Source of the DNA: Vicugna vicugna
Taxonomy: Eukaryota
Assembly: GCA_013265495.1 (NCBI GenBank)
Contig: MU062453.1
Coordinates: forward strand, 558,001-622,000
Length of the DNA stretch: 64,000 bases
Reading direction: 5' to 3'
Below are positions 26,356 through 40,001 of the stretch, piece after piece. The first letter of the stretch is position 1. Each line of letters opens with the position of its first letter. The notes under the pieces are model-generated. The model made no database searches and was not told where the DNA came from. It worked only from the letters and a program-made list of their open reading frames with translations. A program made the translations under genes and the position numbers.

Positions 26356-26905
26356 TGTACGTAGTTTTAAAAATTATAGGAGGCCTTCTACAAGTATTAT
26401 TGCATTTTTTTAAGTTCCTCTAAAATGACATCTGAAACTGGAGCATATTGAAATACTTCTCCCAGTTCTCTAATCCTTTGACCTGCCACATTTGTGTAGT
26501 CTGTCGTCCCCTTTGTGGCCTCACTTTCCTCCTTACCCAGCTTACCACCTTACCCTGGGCTTCACTATAGTCCCTCCTTCATGTTCATTCTCAATTCCAG
26601 TGCTCCCTTCTCTCCCCATCTACTCACATGGAGAATCCCAACTCTGTTCAAACTTAACTCACCACCCAGTCCACACTTGTGCCCAGCAGTTGACTGGGGC
26701 CAGAGGAAAACACAGACCCTCTCTGGCTCAAGTGGGTCCTCCCACCACAGGGCAATCCTTCGGCACCAAGTTCCCTGGCCAATTCACTCTTGCTCACCCA
26801 GAGTCTATCTCGAATCTCCTCTCTTCTACCTTCAACTCCTTATTCTTAGTTGATGAACTTCATCTCTGACAAAAAAAAAATGAGAGAGAGGGGGAGAGAG
26901 AGGCA

Positions 26906-26938
26906 AAGGAAGGAAGGAAGGAAGGAAGGAAGGAAGGA
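26906..26938. repeat. (GGAA)n microsatellite
   Basis: Read directly. Confidence 0.9.
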
Positions 26939-27739
26939 CGGATGGACAAGAAGAAAACAATTTCATCTTCTCATTGCAGATCCACCAATCTACCTGAATC
27001 AGTGCCTCCCCTCCTGTTATAAACACATCTCTAATCCTCCGTCAGGGCAATCCTGCAGGCGCAGGTGTATTTCGTCTCCTCTCACCTACTCAGAAATTTT
27101 GCTTCTGCAATTCTCCCTGCTCCCCTGCAAATCTATGCTTTGGTTATTCTCATCAGCATCCACCTATGCTGTAATATGGTCCATCTGCTGAGGGGCTTAA
27201 AAGACAAAATCTTCTCCACTGTCTACAAGACCTTAGATGATCTGTCACTTGACTTCCCACTCTCCCCCTAGCTTACTCTACTTGAGTCTTATAGGTCTAA
27301 TTTCCCATTCCTTGAACACCGTTTCTTCTTACCTCCGTGCCCTTGCATTTGCTGTTCCCTCTCCTGGAATTCTCTTCCCCTGATCATCACGTGGCTTACT
27401 TCTTCATTTTATTCAGTCATAATATTCCTTGGGCAAGTCTTCCCTGACCACCTACCTTCTCTAATCCAGCCCCTCCAATCCCACTCTATTCTTTAACCAG
27501 CTTTAATCACCTTCACAGCACTTGACCTCATATTCCTGTTCTGTTTTCTGACTTTCACATTACTTGCCTGAGGTTTAGAGATGCAAAGAAACTTGATGCA
27601 CAGCCTGTTTGGTACCCAGGTCAGTCTGACTTAAAGTACATGACCTTCTCTTTATACTACCCACTGAAGACAATAAACCTGGGCATTTCACTTTTTTTTC
27701 AAACATTTGTTAAGCCTGGATACATATGAGACTTTGTGT

Positions 27740-27920
27740 CAAGATCTTTACATGATTTATCTCACCTGATCCGCATTTTCCAATGAAGTACATACTCTTA
27801 TTACCTTACTATGCAAATGAGGAAACTGAGGCACAGAGAGGTTTAGACATTTGCCTGGGGTTATTTGGTGGAGTGGTGAAGCCGGTATTCAAATCCAGTT
27901 GGGTCTAATTTCAAGGCCTG
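27740..27920 (-). mobile_element. MIR
   Basis: atgaggaaactgaggcacagagaggtt core. Confidence 0.75.
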
Positions 27921-28278
27921 AGTCTTTTCTGCAACACTGTGCTTTCTCCCTTAAGACAATTCTCTGCCTCAGACGGAAAGAGAAGAAAAATGACTAAAAC
28001 AGGCGAATAAAGCATCATTAAGAAAATTCATGGTGACTTGGTTCATTAAGTGGGAAGCAAAGGGCAGGAGGCAGACAGCCAGTCTAGCTTTGGCTCTCGC
28101 AGGTTGGGGGTTCACATAACTCACGATAACTCAATTTACGAAGATCTTTCTTCCAGGAACTGGGGCTTATCTTGTATCTGTGTGAGTGGAAGCGGAGCAG
28201 GGGGTGGGACGCCGAGACCTTGGTGAGCAGTCATTGTCAGCCCCAGCGGGGACCTACTCCAGCCGCTTGCGTGAGACT

Positions 28279-28295
28279 GGCGCCCTCTGCTGGCA
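28279..28295 (-). promoter_or_regulatory. CTCF-like motif (CCAGCAGAGGGCGC)
   Basis: Reverse complement matches CTCF core CCASYAGRKGGCRS. Confidence 0.65.
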
Positions 28296-28713
28296 GAGGA
28301 AATCATCCTTCAACATCTATAGCTCCGTTGGAGGGGGCGCAGGAGGGCATCAGGGGAACGAATTCTATGAGAATTGCAAAATGTCTAGCACACCCAGTAA
28401 ATAAAAATAATGGCTACCACTTACCAATATAACATTAGGGTAGGGACAGGCGCTGTTTTAAGGATTTTACATTAAATTTATTTACTCCTAGGGATTTTTA
28501 CATACTGCATCTAATTGAACCTTCACCAACCCTCTGAAGTCAGAATTAGTATTATTATTACTCCCATTTTTCACAAGAGGAAACTGAAGCACAGAAATGT
28601 TAAGTCATTTGCTATATGGTTATTAAGTGGCAGATCTGGGACTTGAACAAGTGGGCTCTAACCTTGGCATCCATGCTCTGGAACCCACTAAATGGCCATT
28701 TCTTAATGTCCGG

Positions 28714-28729
28714 AGCGCCCCCTGGCTAG
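28714..28729 (-). promoter_or_regulatory. CTCF-like motif (TAGCCAGGGGGCGC)
   Basis: 12/14 match to CTCF core. Confidence 0.45.
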
Positions 28730-29513
28730 TCTCCTTTAATAGCTTCGCTAAGAGCCGACGCACAGTAATGGTCCAGTAATTTCTTAGACAATGTAAGCAT
28801 GCTAGGGTTTGGTGGTGAGGCTGCTGCTTTCTGTACTCAAGCGGGAGGGAGTGGGGTGGGGCGGGGGGAGGTTGTAGATTCCTCTGGGCGACTGGTCTTA
28901 CAGCCCACTGCTTCCGTCTGAAACGGAGATAAGGTCCCAGCCAGCGCTAAGCTTGGCTCCCTGGATCTGCTTCTCCAGCAGGAAGATTTTAGTTACAACA
29001 GAAGCAGAGAATCCTAAATAATAATGTAAAATATTTAGCAACCAGTGAGGCATGAACACTGACAGATCCGAACAGACAGCTCCTGGAGAAGATTCCTAGA
29101 GGATTTCTCTGCCCCTTCCCCCACCCCATATGGCCATATGCTTTAACCCTTTAGTTACTAGGATGTAGGAAGGGGAAGGGGTTAGCGGTGGAGGGAGAGG
29201 TCAGGGCTGCTGGGGAAGAGGGGAGAACACTCAGGGGCTTGAGGCATCTACTATTTACCAAAGAATGTAGGGACATTTCACTACATTAACGATTGGTATG
29301 GCTATGCAGGCTGAATATTGCCATCTTTACTGTGGGTCCTTAGGCAATTTGCTCCATCTCTCTGATGCATTATCCTCATCTGTAAAATAGGAATAATAAC
29401 GGAAACTGATTCATGGGGCTAGTGAGGGAGTTAAATCAGGTAAAACCAAGTAAAGGACCTGCTTCTAGCTCAGAGTAGGCAGTCAATGAAGGTTGTTATT
29501 AATGGCCAAACAG

Positions 29514-29533
29514 GTGTGTGTGTGTGTGTGTGT
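29514..29533. repeat. (GT)n microsatellite
   Basis: Read directly. Confidence 0.9.
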
Positions 29534-29699
29534 TTGGCTGTTGGGGTAGGGAGAGTGAGGTACCCTTGCTGACCTAGGGCCCCTTTGTCTCACCATCCCT
29601 TGACTTCATTCCTCTAATTATAAGCCGGGCCCTAGAGATCAGAGCCTGGGTTGTCGGGGGTTCCTGTATCAGTAGATGCTTCCTTTGCTCCCTTTGCTT

Positions 29700-30300
29700 C
29701 CTTTGTGGCAAGCAAAACAAATGTGGTCCCTGCCCTCAGAGCGTTCACAGCCCCACAGAGGAGATAGACAGCAACAAACAAGCAACTAACTAATTACTGA
29801 ACGAACTAAATAAACTGTACTATTATAAATTGGGATAAATGTTATGGGGGAATGATGAGGCTCATTTCCCCACATTTCAGCAACTAAAGCAAGAGGACTG
29901 CACAGTCATGGAGGTCCTCTCTGAGGAGGTGATGATTATATTGAGACTTGACGGACTAATAGGAGTTTTCCAGGTGAAAGGTGAAGGGGAGAGTATTCCA
30001 GGCAGGAGGGTCAACAATGTGGGAAGACCAGGAGATAGGAGAGATCCTGACTTGAACTGGGTCATGAGATCATAAAACAAAGGGAAGAGAAGGGCAGGAG
30101 AAGCCAGCTAATGCAGACCTTGTCAGTACTACTCTGAAGAGTTTCAGTTTTGTTCTATGGGCAGCAGAAATCCGCAAGAGGGTTGTAAGCAGGGGAATGA
30201 TACACTCTGATGTCAGTTTTGCAAAAAGACCTCTTGGGTGCTGTGTTCAGATTGTGTTGAGAATGGCTGGTAGGATTCAAAACGGAAACTGGAGGACCAA
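29700..30300 (-). mobile_element. L2 remnant
   Basis: tggtccctgccctcagagcgttcacag...ggaggtgatgattatattgagacttga. Confidence 0.65.
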
Positions 30301-30309
30301 ATGGGGTGC

Positions 30310-30700
30310 GAACAATAAAAAGCTTGCACACTCCTAGGAAAAGACTGATTTTTCTACAGCTCTAGTAATAAATAACCACCAGAACTGCTCTTAAACCTGT
30401 CCAACAGGGCAACTCACCTCACTGATCCTGTGTCTGAAACCAGCCAATCAGTGACAGTCTATGCTTTGAAAACCAGCCAACCTGCAGCGGATTCACTGCA
30501 ATGAACAAGACTTTAAGGCTGCTATCAACCCACTCCTGCTTTTGGAACCAACCAGATCCCCAAACACACGTTTCCCAAAACCTATGTAAGATTAACCGTT
30601 TGCTTTGCTCATGAGACTATGCAGCCCGGCCAGGCGCTTCTGTACGTAAGGAAGCAATAGATCCAGCTGGTGGCGATACTGCGCTGTGGTCTCTGCGTCC
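30310..30700 (+). mobile_element. Probable ERV1-type solo LTR
   Basis: Repeated accagccaatca CCAAT boxes, ends ...gtccaaca; family not identified. Confidence 0.4.
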
Positions 30701-30924
30701 AACAGAACTCTTTACAGCCCACCAGGCTATGCAAGACGACGGTTTGTTCTTCTGTCATTGCTGAGGCTGTCCTGCTGGGGTTTGCGCTGCCGGCCCCTGC
30801 TGGTCCAGGCTTCAAGGGCTGACCAACCCTCTTTTGAAGTTCATCCTCTTCCTTTGGAGATTCGACGTCCTCATTTAAGTGTACAGTCACATCTTGGCCT
30901 GGGGGCTGGTCCACCCCTTCCAGG

Positions 30925-31580
30925 GGACGTGTGGGTCAGGGTCTAGTCAGGAGTTAGAAACCACATCGGTTATTTGAAAGAGATAAATCGATATAAAGAA
31001 TTGTTAACAAGGGATAAAGTTGTTAAGTAAGTACCTTAAAAAAGGATTAAAAGAACTCTTAAGTTCTCGCAGAGGTCGTGACTGTAGGAAGCATCTACCA
31101 TCTCTAAGGCTCAAGAACAAAGGAAAGACATTGGCATTACTAAAACTTAGAGGTGGTTTCTGAAGCCTCTGAGGAGGGGTCCCTGGCCAGCTTGTGCTAG
31201 TGTTCTGAGCTCAGAGGGTGGGATGCAGACCTTTGAGGAGCAGGTGCTGCTCAGCTGGTGCTGGTGTCTGCAGGGGCATAAGAAGACCTCTGCAAGTGTT
31301 GAAAAAACTGCATATTGGATTCATCGGGGGTGATGGGAAGAAACCACTGCCAAAGTGAATGTGTGATGCTGGGTGATGCTTGTAGGAATTCCACAGGAGA
31401 GATACGCGAAGGAGCAAGTCCTTTTTCTCTTCCCGGCTTGCAGCTCCCGGCCTTAGCAGAGACTAGAAAGGACAGCTGGCAAAGCCGTAGTGCAGTTCTT
31501 GGAATCCCAGTGCCAGCATCACAAAGCACAATGTGGAAAGGTGGGTATGGAGCTGAGACACAATAGCTTAATGACCGCAT
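30925..31580. mobile_element. ERVL LTR (LTR41-like)
   Basis: gggtctagtcaggagttagaaaccac...tataaagaattgttaac resembles recalled LTR41 consensus. Confidence 0.5.
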
Positions 31581-32939
31581 GGGTGACATTCTCTGTTTCC
31601 ATCCCATGTTTGGTTTGTCTTATCATTTTCTTATCAGAGGGCAGTCTTGCTTCTAAGATTTGGGGAAGTCACCTCACTGTTACTTGTGTACTTCTCTCAG
31701 GTGGCTCCCTCTCTGGTGCTGGGGACAGGGGCACACAATTAGCTGATTCCCAGCACAGTGTGATGCCTCTGGTGAATGAAGGGACCAAGGAAGTGCTAGA
31801 ATGAGATGAGAGTTCAGCCCGAATGATTCTAATTCCTGGACGTGGCCACGGTGCATCGGTATTGGCATCGAAGGCTGAGTGATGAGTGGCATTCCAACAG
31901 AACTGACAAAAGCCCCACTTTCCAGAAGAAACGGAGGTTCAGAGAACCCGTGTCTTGAGTCAGAAAGAACTCCATCTGTCTGACTGCCAAGCCCAGGCTC
32001 CTAAACCACTGCCTTGTGGCTAGAGCTTGTAATTACTTCAGGTTTATCATTCTATAAAACGGGGATAATCATGTCTGCCTATTGGGGTGGTGGGGAAGGT
32101 TAACCAGCTTCATCTATTAAATAAAAACATAAAGCCATTTTGAGAGACAGATGCTGGACACATTTCCACTCCTACTCACCAGCCTGGCAATTTGTAGTTC
32201 AAGTTCGTGCCTCAGCGAAGTTATAAAGCATCCGTGTCGTGGATCTGGGGGTGGGAGAGGTGGCAGTGTTCTTACGTGGTTGAAACTGAGAATGTAAAAT
32301 CCGTGAATGTCATTGTCTCAGCAAATACTAATAATACGGATCATAATAATCATCGTGATGTGCTCCCATTTAATGAGTGCCTACTATGTCTGTGCCAGGT
32401 ACTTTGCATTTATTATTTTGCTCTGTCTATTCATCAAAGAGGTATTTAGCTCACTGCACGCCAGGCATCATGCTATATTAACTCTAATCATCACAATGTA
32501 ACTGAGTGGTACGTATTATTACTCCTGTTTAACAGATGATGAAACTGAGTTAAGAGAGCAAATAAAATCAGACCACAGGATAAGTATCATTAATATCTCA
32601 AATACATGTAAGAGCCTATTACATCAATGTTTTTAAAAAGCATCCCCAAAGTTTTGTAAATGAAAAAGTTTGACTCCTTTTTTTCCCTTTTTCAGTTTTA
32701 TTAGGTAGAATTATTACAGGTCGACTGCACATACACACTATATTGCATGTAAATACATATATACAGTATACTTCACCTTTTTTTAGTTTACATATATGTC
32801 CTGATTATGGTTTCTAAGAACAGATTAGAGTTTTAGCTTTTTAAACTTACAGTTATCAAAGGAATAAAGACAACTGCAAAGTAAGAATCAACAGAATGCA
32901 GTAACCCAATCATAAAGGACGGTCAAATGACTCTTTTAA

Positions 32940-34800
32940 AAATAATAATTCTTTTTAAAATAAAAGCCTCAATGGATGAGTTGAATAGCAAAATGGATTG
33001 AAGAGTTAGTGAACCAGAAGCTTAAGCTAAGGAACTCTTCAGAATGCAGTGCAAACGAAGAAATAGATGGGAAGTGTGAGGACAGATGCACAAGCTCACT
33101 GTCTGCTTAACACGAGTTACAGGACAGAGAAGAAAACAGAGGAAGGAGAGAACCCCTGAAGCAGGGCAATAATTCAAGACATTTTCTGACAACTTAAATA
33201 CATCAGCTCTAATATTGAGAGGACCTAGTTACAGGTCCTCTGTAAGTACAGGAAGATTGTCAAAAGACCTACATCTAAGTATATCATGATGAAATTTCAG
33301 GACACTGAAGATAAAAAGGAAGTGAAAAAATTATCTAGCGTGGAATGAGAACAGGATGAACATCAGCCCTCTCACTGGCAACTTTGTGAGCAAGAAAACA
33401 GCGGCATGATATCCTCAAAGTCCTCTGGTGAAATACTTGTGAATTTAGGAGTCTGTACCCAACCAAGGTATCAAGCAAACATGAGGGCATCGTAAAGACA
33501 TTTTAAGACACAAAGGGAATAAAAAAAGTTTACAACTCACTGTCCATGCAGAACAGCATTTCTCAACAGGGTCCTGTTAGCATTTTGGGTGGAACAGTTC
33601 ATCGTGCAAGACGGAGCCACACAATGCAGGTTGCTCAGTGTCCTTCGCTGCCACCCGCTCACTGCCAATAGCATTCCTCCTCAGTCACTGTGACAATATA
33701 AAACACCCCGACTTTGGAAGGGGTGCGGTATAGCCTCTGGTTGGAGAACCCATCAGTGTAGAAGATATTTTGTCCCAGCAAAGACAAAATGAATCCGAGA
33801 AGAAAACATGTGATATAAGAAGCCTGGCTAAGCAAGGAAACCAGGAAAGTTTAACTCTAAAAAATATCTTTACTTACAATAATTAACTAAAATCTGAGAT
33901 GATAACATGAATGGAGAGGTATGAAGTCTGAAAAGGAGGTAAAGGAGAGAAGTAAAAGCATGCTAAGATTCTCATTTTATTTAGTAGAAAGACATAGATA
34001 TTAATTAACTTGATGTTAATTAAGAATATGCTTAACCATGTGTGTCAAAGATATAAAGATAAGAGAAACAGAATATATATTTCCCAAGTATTGAGAATAA
34101 AAATTAATTGAGAACAAATAAAGTGCTATCAACTAACCAAAAAGCAGGGATGAAACAGAATCATGAAAACAGCATGTGCAATAGAAAACCCACAGTAAAT
34201 TGGTCAAAAATGTGCAAATATGTCAATAACCATAATAAACGTAAATATATTAAATTCACTGTTAAAAGCCAAAGATTCTTGAACTGCATTTAAAAAGTCA
34301 AACTGTATGATATTTCATAAGAGACAACAAAACAAGGTAATACAGACAGATTGAAAAATACTGAGATAGAAAAATGTATACCAGGCAAATGCCCGCAAAG
34401 GGGAAGCCAGTGGTACATCAATCTTGGCATTAGGCAAAATGGATTTCAGGGCAAAAATAATCAGTATGACTTGCAAAGACAAAAATAGATATTGATGAAA
34501 TATTCAATCGACCAATAAGTTTGGCCTTTGTGCTTGTATGTGCCTAGTAACATAGAATTGAGATACATAATATTAAAACTGATAGAATTACAAGGGAAAA
34601 AAACCCAACAAATCCACAGCTTTGTGAGAAACTTTAATTTACCTGCTATAAATCTATAGAATGAGTAGTCAAAAAATCAAACAAGGAAGACAGAGGACTT
34701 GAATACCAGGATTAACAAGATTTAGAGAACACATTTATCTGGAGATACGTATTTTCCCTTTCCAAACACATGCGATAACTTTTATAAAAATTGTCCATGT
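32940..34800 (+). mobile_element. Ancient L1M ORF1 to ORF2 (endonuclease) remnant
   Basis: A-rich decayed ORF1 and APE-domain-like nucleotide motifs (ccaggcaaatg...atggatttcagggcaaaa). Confidence 0.7.
33552..33750 (+). mobile_element. MER20-like hAT MITE nested in L1M
   Basis: cagcatttctcaac ... gtcactgtgacaa ... ggttggagaacc termini. Confidence 0.6.
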
Positions 34801-35617
34801 TTGAAATCAGTTTTTTCTTTTACCCTCCTTCTCACTTTTCTCGTATTCTTATATTTTTCCTTCATCCTTTCCTGTTTTTCTCTCTATTGGTTCCACCTGC
34901 TTTTCCTCCTGTCAGGTAACCTTGCTAGCTGAATGATTATATCCTTCTATATCTTTCTTCATGTGCATGAAATCAGATGCAAATGTATATACCAATATAG
35001 ATTTCTCTCCTGCCTCTTACAAAAATAGAACCATAGTTTGTAGTATGTTTCTCTGCATCTTGCAGAGATGGAAGATGGAAGTCCCCTCACGTCAGTAGAC
35101 AGAGGTTCAAACAATTCTTTTTTAATGGCTGTGCAACATGTCAAAAAAATGTGCCGCAGCATATGCAACTATTCCTCTACCCGTGAGTACACACTTCTTT
35201 TTTAGGGTTTCATTGCAGTCATGTTCATTGTTGACGGGAACATCCACAGTCACGTATATTCTGGTGCTTTTGTTTCAATGGGATGGATTCCCAGGCATGG
35301 GATTGCTGGGTCAAAGAAAATGTGGAGTTGTTTTGTTTTGATATATGTTGCCAGATGGCTCTGCAACAAGGTCAGCGCTACTGGGATGTGGTGAAGAGTC
35401 CCTTCCCAGCCTGTAGAAGGTGTTATCATGCTCTCAGTTTGCTAATCTGATGTGAGCAAAGTGATATCTCATTGCTATTTCATTTGCATTTCCCTGACTC
35501 CTAGGGGAGCAGAACATCTTTTTAGGTTTATTCGCCATTTGGATTTGTTCTTCTATGAATAATCTAGGGATAGCGTCTGGCCATTTTTATTCTGATACTA
35601 ATTTGCAAACACTCTTT

Positions 35618-35620
35618 GTA

Positions 35621-35655
<35 letters not shown>

Positions 35656-35698
35656 ATGTATGTACGTACGTACGTACGTACCTATCTAGCTAGCTAGC
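35618..35698. repeat. Compound microsatellite (GT)n-(GTAT)n-(GTAC)n-(CTAG)n
   Basis: Read directly. Confidence 0.95.
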
Positions 35699-35914
35699 GA
35701 TTAACCCTTTATCTGCCATCTGCATTGCAGATGGATAGCAAGATCTGATTGAGTGCTAAATAGGTACAGTGTTAGAGGTTTTCTTCTAAGATTTTAACAG
35801 TTTTTATTTTTTAGACTTAAGTCTTTAATTCACCTGGAATTTATTTTTGTTTAAATTATATGAAATAGTGTTCTGATTTTATTTCTTCTGTCTCTACACT
35901 AACCATTATAGGAT

Positions 35915-36212
35915 CCACTGTCCACGTAGGGCAGTTGTGTATTTGAAATGGGACTCGTCTGAATTGAAATGGGCCGCAAGTTTAAAATATACACCAGATT
36001 TCCAAGACCTAATGACGAAAAGAATGTAAAATGTCTCATTAATAACTTTTATATTGATTACATGTTGAGATCATAATATTTTGGATATACTGTATTACCT
36101 AAAATATTAAAATTTACTTCATACATTTCTTTTTTTACTCTTTTTAACATGGCTCAGAGAGAAATGTTAATTACATACACAGCTTACATTATATTTCTAT
36201 TTCATAGCACTA
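35915..36212 (-). mobile_element. MER33 (hAT-Charlie MITE)
   Basis: aaaatatacaccagatttccaagac...attgattacatgttga match. Confidence 0.75.
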
Positions 36213-36914
36213 TTCCAGATTATTGGTCGTGCCAGAACTATTTTTTAAACATTTTTGTTCTTTTTCACTTATCTTTTATCGGCCTCACGAGAGGTATATC
36301 TATTTTATAGCTGATCGTAGACATCTGTCTGATTCATCACTTCCCATCATGTCTTGACTAGCCCTTTTACATTTGGAGAAATTATTCATCAGAACTCAAA
36401 TTCCCAGCCTCCCTTAACATTAGGATGTGTGTATTTGACCTTCGTGGGATGAATAGGGAATCAAGTTCTACATGGAGTTTCCACTTCCCTGGGTCCAGGT
36501 GGCACAGGCAGTGAGTTTTGATGGTGGCAGCCTCAACAGTGGTTTCAAGGTCAAGGTCATGGCACTGGGGGGTGGTGACAGCAGCGGCAGCGTCTTCATC
36601 TGTCAGCATTGGGTGTGGTTCCAGGCACTGCTTACCCTTGAGTCTGGCTTTTTAACCCTCACAACGATATTGTGAGCTTCTCAGTATCTCTTCAGAAAAC
36701 TTGCTGGCTGCGTAATCATCAGAATCAACTTCTATTGCAACGTAGAACTCAATATAGAATCCCGACTGGCCGACTGGGGTGTTTTTCCTCAAAGAAAAGG
36801 ATTAGTTTTTCTTACTATTTTTAAAAAATACCTTCTATCTTAATGAGCTCTCTCTTCTTACCCTTTTCCCCCCAGCTTATTTTCTTGTTCTTTTTCTATT
36901 TCTCAAGGAGACTA

Positions 36915-37400
36915 TTGTCTTAGCCTGGCTTCTCCAGAAAACGGAGCCTGTGTCAAAAGTTTACATGCTAACGCTTCACTGGGTTTCTGAAGCAACAGGA
37001 AGAGTGAGACAGGGAGGAGGGAGGAGAGCAAAGGTAGCTCCGTGCATTACTGAGAGGCTCACAGTTTTTGTAACCAGTGTGGCTAATTGCTCCAGCTCAC
37101 AGTACATCTTCAGAGACGTTGCAGGAACTACTCTGTCTTGGAGCATCCCTCAGGAGGAGAAGGTGAGAAGAACTTATCCATTGGGTCCTTCCTGTCCCCC
37201 ATCTCCTGTGGCTCAAAGTCTGTCCCACAAGGCATTAACCTGACCCATCCAGGTAGTATTACCCGGGCTCTGCAGAAGCCAGAGCCTCCTGGACCAATCT
37301 GACCACTGCATACAGTGGTCTGTCTCTCTCTCCCTTTCTGTCCCCAGCTGGAGCTCTGCTGACCCAGAAGGACAAAGACTGCTGGGCTGCCCATGACTCA
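36915..37400. mobile_element. Old ERVL LTR (LTR16/LTR33 class)
   Basis: tgtcttagcctggcttctccagaaaacggagcctg terminus. Confidence 0.5.
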
Positions 37401-37689
37401 AGAGTCTGACCCTGCCATCGATCCCCAGCAGCTGAGCACACACCCCAGGGAGCCGGCAAAGGAAAACACCAACATCCCTACAGGGTCCTAGAAACAAGAA
37501 AGAAAGGGAACAGGCATGGAACAAAGAACAGCAAGTACAAACTAGAGGAGAAGGAAGACAATCTGAACAGAAACTGGTGATGAAAACAACACCCCAAGGA
37601 GCCGCAGACACAGTGTGATGCGCTCACACTCACACTCACACACACACACATCCATGTTCTGGAAGGAAGGGGAGAGTCTCATATTCAGA

Positions 37690-38900
37690 CTAAAAATGTC
37701 AGGAGATAAATCAAAAGAGAGGACGGTTACAGTTGAAACCTGACCTGGAATACCAAATGGAGAAATAAAGCACAAGTCGAAAATTCCAAAGACAGAAACG
37801 ATCAGGGGAAATAAAAGAGGTTTAGGGGAAAGACGTGAGCAACCACATACTTGCATGTTTGAATTATTCAATATTGGAATTACTGGAAAAAGGGAAATGC
37901 ATAAAATGGAGGAAGTGGAAGACAGGCAATACCAAAACAAAACAATGGAGGAAATTTTCCCTGAAATTTTTCCAATAAAGACTTGCCCAAGATCTGAAGG
38001 GTTCACTGACTTCCAAACAGAGCTCACAAAAAATAATACTCACCTTTAGGCATGGACTGGAAAAATGAATTCCAAGTATAAATATAAAGCTTACCAGCCT
38101 CCAGAGAGGGGGAAGAAGTAACTTACAAAGAAAATCAATCAGTTTGTCACTGGATTTCTCATTTGCAATACTGGAAGCAAACAATGGTGTGATAATATCT
38201 ACGGACTCCTGAGGGGAAAAAAGGAGTCTTAAGGGAAAGACTAATAATAACATGGGACTTTAAGTTACTGCAGGATCTCAGCCTGGCGTTGGGGAGGGGC
38301 ATGTGGCGATGGAGAGTAAAAGCATTTAAATCTCTTTGCGGGGTGGGGAGCATGGAGATGTGAAAGTATTATAATGGGTCATCTTTTTTTTTTTTTTTCC
38401 CCAGCGTGGGCAGAGGTAATTACGTTTGTTTGTTTGTTTGTTTTAATGGAGGTACTGGGGATTGAACCCAGAACTCGGGTTTACTAAGCAGGCACTCTAC
38501 CACTGAGCTATATCCCTTCGCCCTGCGTCATCTTAACATGGAGAAATGGATGGTATTTTTCATATAATGGAAGATTATATCATTATGATCATGTATTCTC
38601 TCTGAAGACCAACAAGAAAGGGTCATCGCTCTAGAACACCAAAATCTAAAAGAACAACAGGTAATAAATGGCTGTGTTCTCAAGCCAGCAAAAACAGGAA
38701 ACAGGAAAGAAATAGCCAAGTAAAATAAGTAGTAAGCCCAAATTAAAATGGAAGGAATAAAGTAACTATATTCATTTTTACCCTAATCGCAAATGGGCTG
38801 AATTGTCCTATTAAAACCCAGAGTGCGCTAACTAGGATTAGAGAACAAAACGCAGGTACACGCTATTGTCAGGAATACTCTATCAGCCAAAAGTGAGCGT
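37690..38900 (+). mobile_element. Ancient L1M/HAL1-like ORF1 remnant
   Basis: aaaatcaatcagtttgtcactggatttctcatttgcaatactggaagc resembles L1 ORF1 C-terminal region. Confidence 0.6.
38374..38526 (-). mobile_element. Camelid tRNA-derived SINE (Vic-1-like) with TSD GTCATC
   Basis: ggaggtactggggattgaacccag core, poly-A tail, flanking direct repeat. Confidence 0.82.
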
Positions 38901-40001
38901 AAGGGAAACCTGAAGGACCGTGGTTCACTAAACATATGAGAAATTTGTTTTTCCCCTGTGAACAAGAGGTAGGTAGGGAGGTGATGCAGAGCTGGGGGGG
39001 CTGCTCAGAAATGCTCTCCTCTCGTCTGTCCATTCTAGATTCCTCTCAACCTTGGCCTCTCTGCTGGAATCGGTGGCTTACTGGTGGCGTGACCCCCAAT
39101 CCTCATTCCTAAGGGACCCGAGGCCTTCCAGGTCACTATGCCATTGTCAGCGTGAGGCCATGATGGATGTTCATGTCCATTTGCCATCAAAATTGGTCAA
39201 CTCCCCCATACACCAAGCTCAGGCTTCTTCCTCCTCTGTCATAAGGGACCCACCTCCCACCCCATTCAGCCATAGGTTTAAGCCAGGGGACAGGCAACAG
39301 GCGGCTGAAGTGGGGGTCAGAGTGGCTTGCTCATGTAGCTTACTTGTGCCTCGGGCCTTCCTCTGTCCAATCTTGTATGTACCACTCCCATCCCGGTGTG
39401 TTGCCGGGCCCACAGGATCTTACGACTTGGTTGATCGGACAGAATCCAAGTCATTGCGGGTGTTCTGGCTGCATGGACATTTGCTCTTCCGTGATCAGCT
39501 GCTCCATCCCTACTTGGGCCAAGCAGCATGCCAGGAGCTATTTATGGAAAGGTGTGTAATTCCTTGCTACAGACGGCATGGCCTGGCTCCAGAACCCCAG
39601 GGGCCTGGGCTGTGATTTCCCTACTGAAATTTGCCATAAACTCCACTCACTGTCTTTTCCCACCACCAGTATCTGCAATCCCCAGGGCCTGAAAGGTCCT
39701 ATGGTTTAAGCTTTAGGGCCACCTACATTGCAGCTTGGACCCGGTACAGAGCTCTTGCCAGCTCTGGGCCCCTCACAAAGACGGCAGCCTTTCATTGCAC
39801 CCAGTATTTGGATCAGTGTAGCATTCCCAGGTTTGGAATATTCTGCCTCCAAAACCCAAAGAAGGCTCCCAGCATGACGCCTCCTTCTTTGTGGTGGGAA
39901 ATGAAAGATGCAATAGTCTTTCTCATACCCTGGAGGGGTGTTCCAGCATGCTTCAGAACACTGGAACCCTAAAAATTTTACATATTTGGCAGGTCCTGCA
40001 T

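Noticed and set aside
39052-39615. 187-aa plus-strand ORF
   Set aside because: Antisense to decayed ERV-L pol
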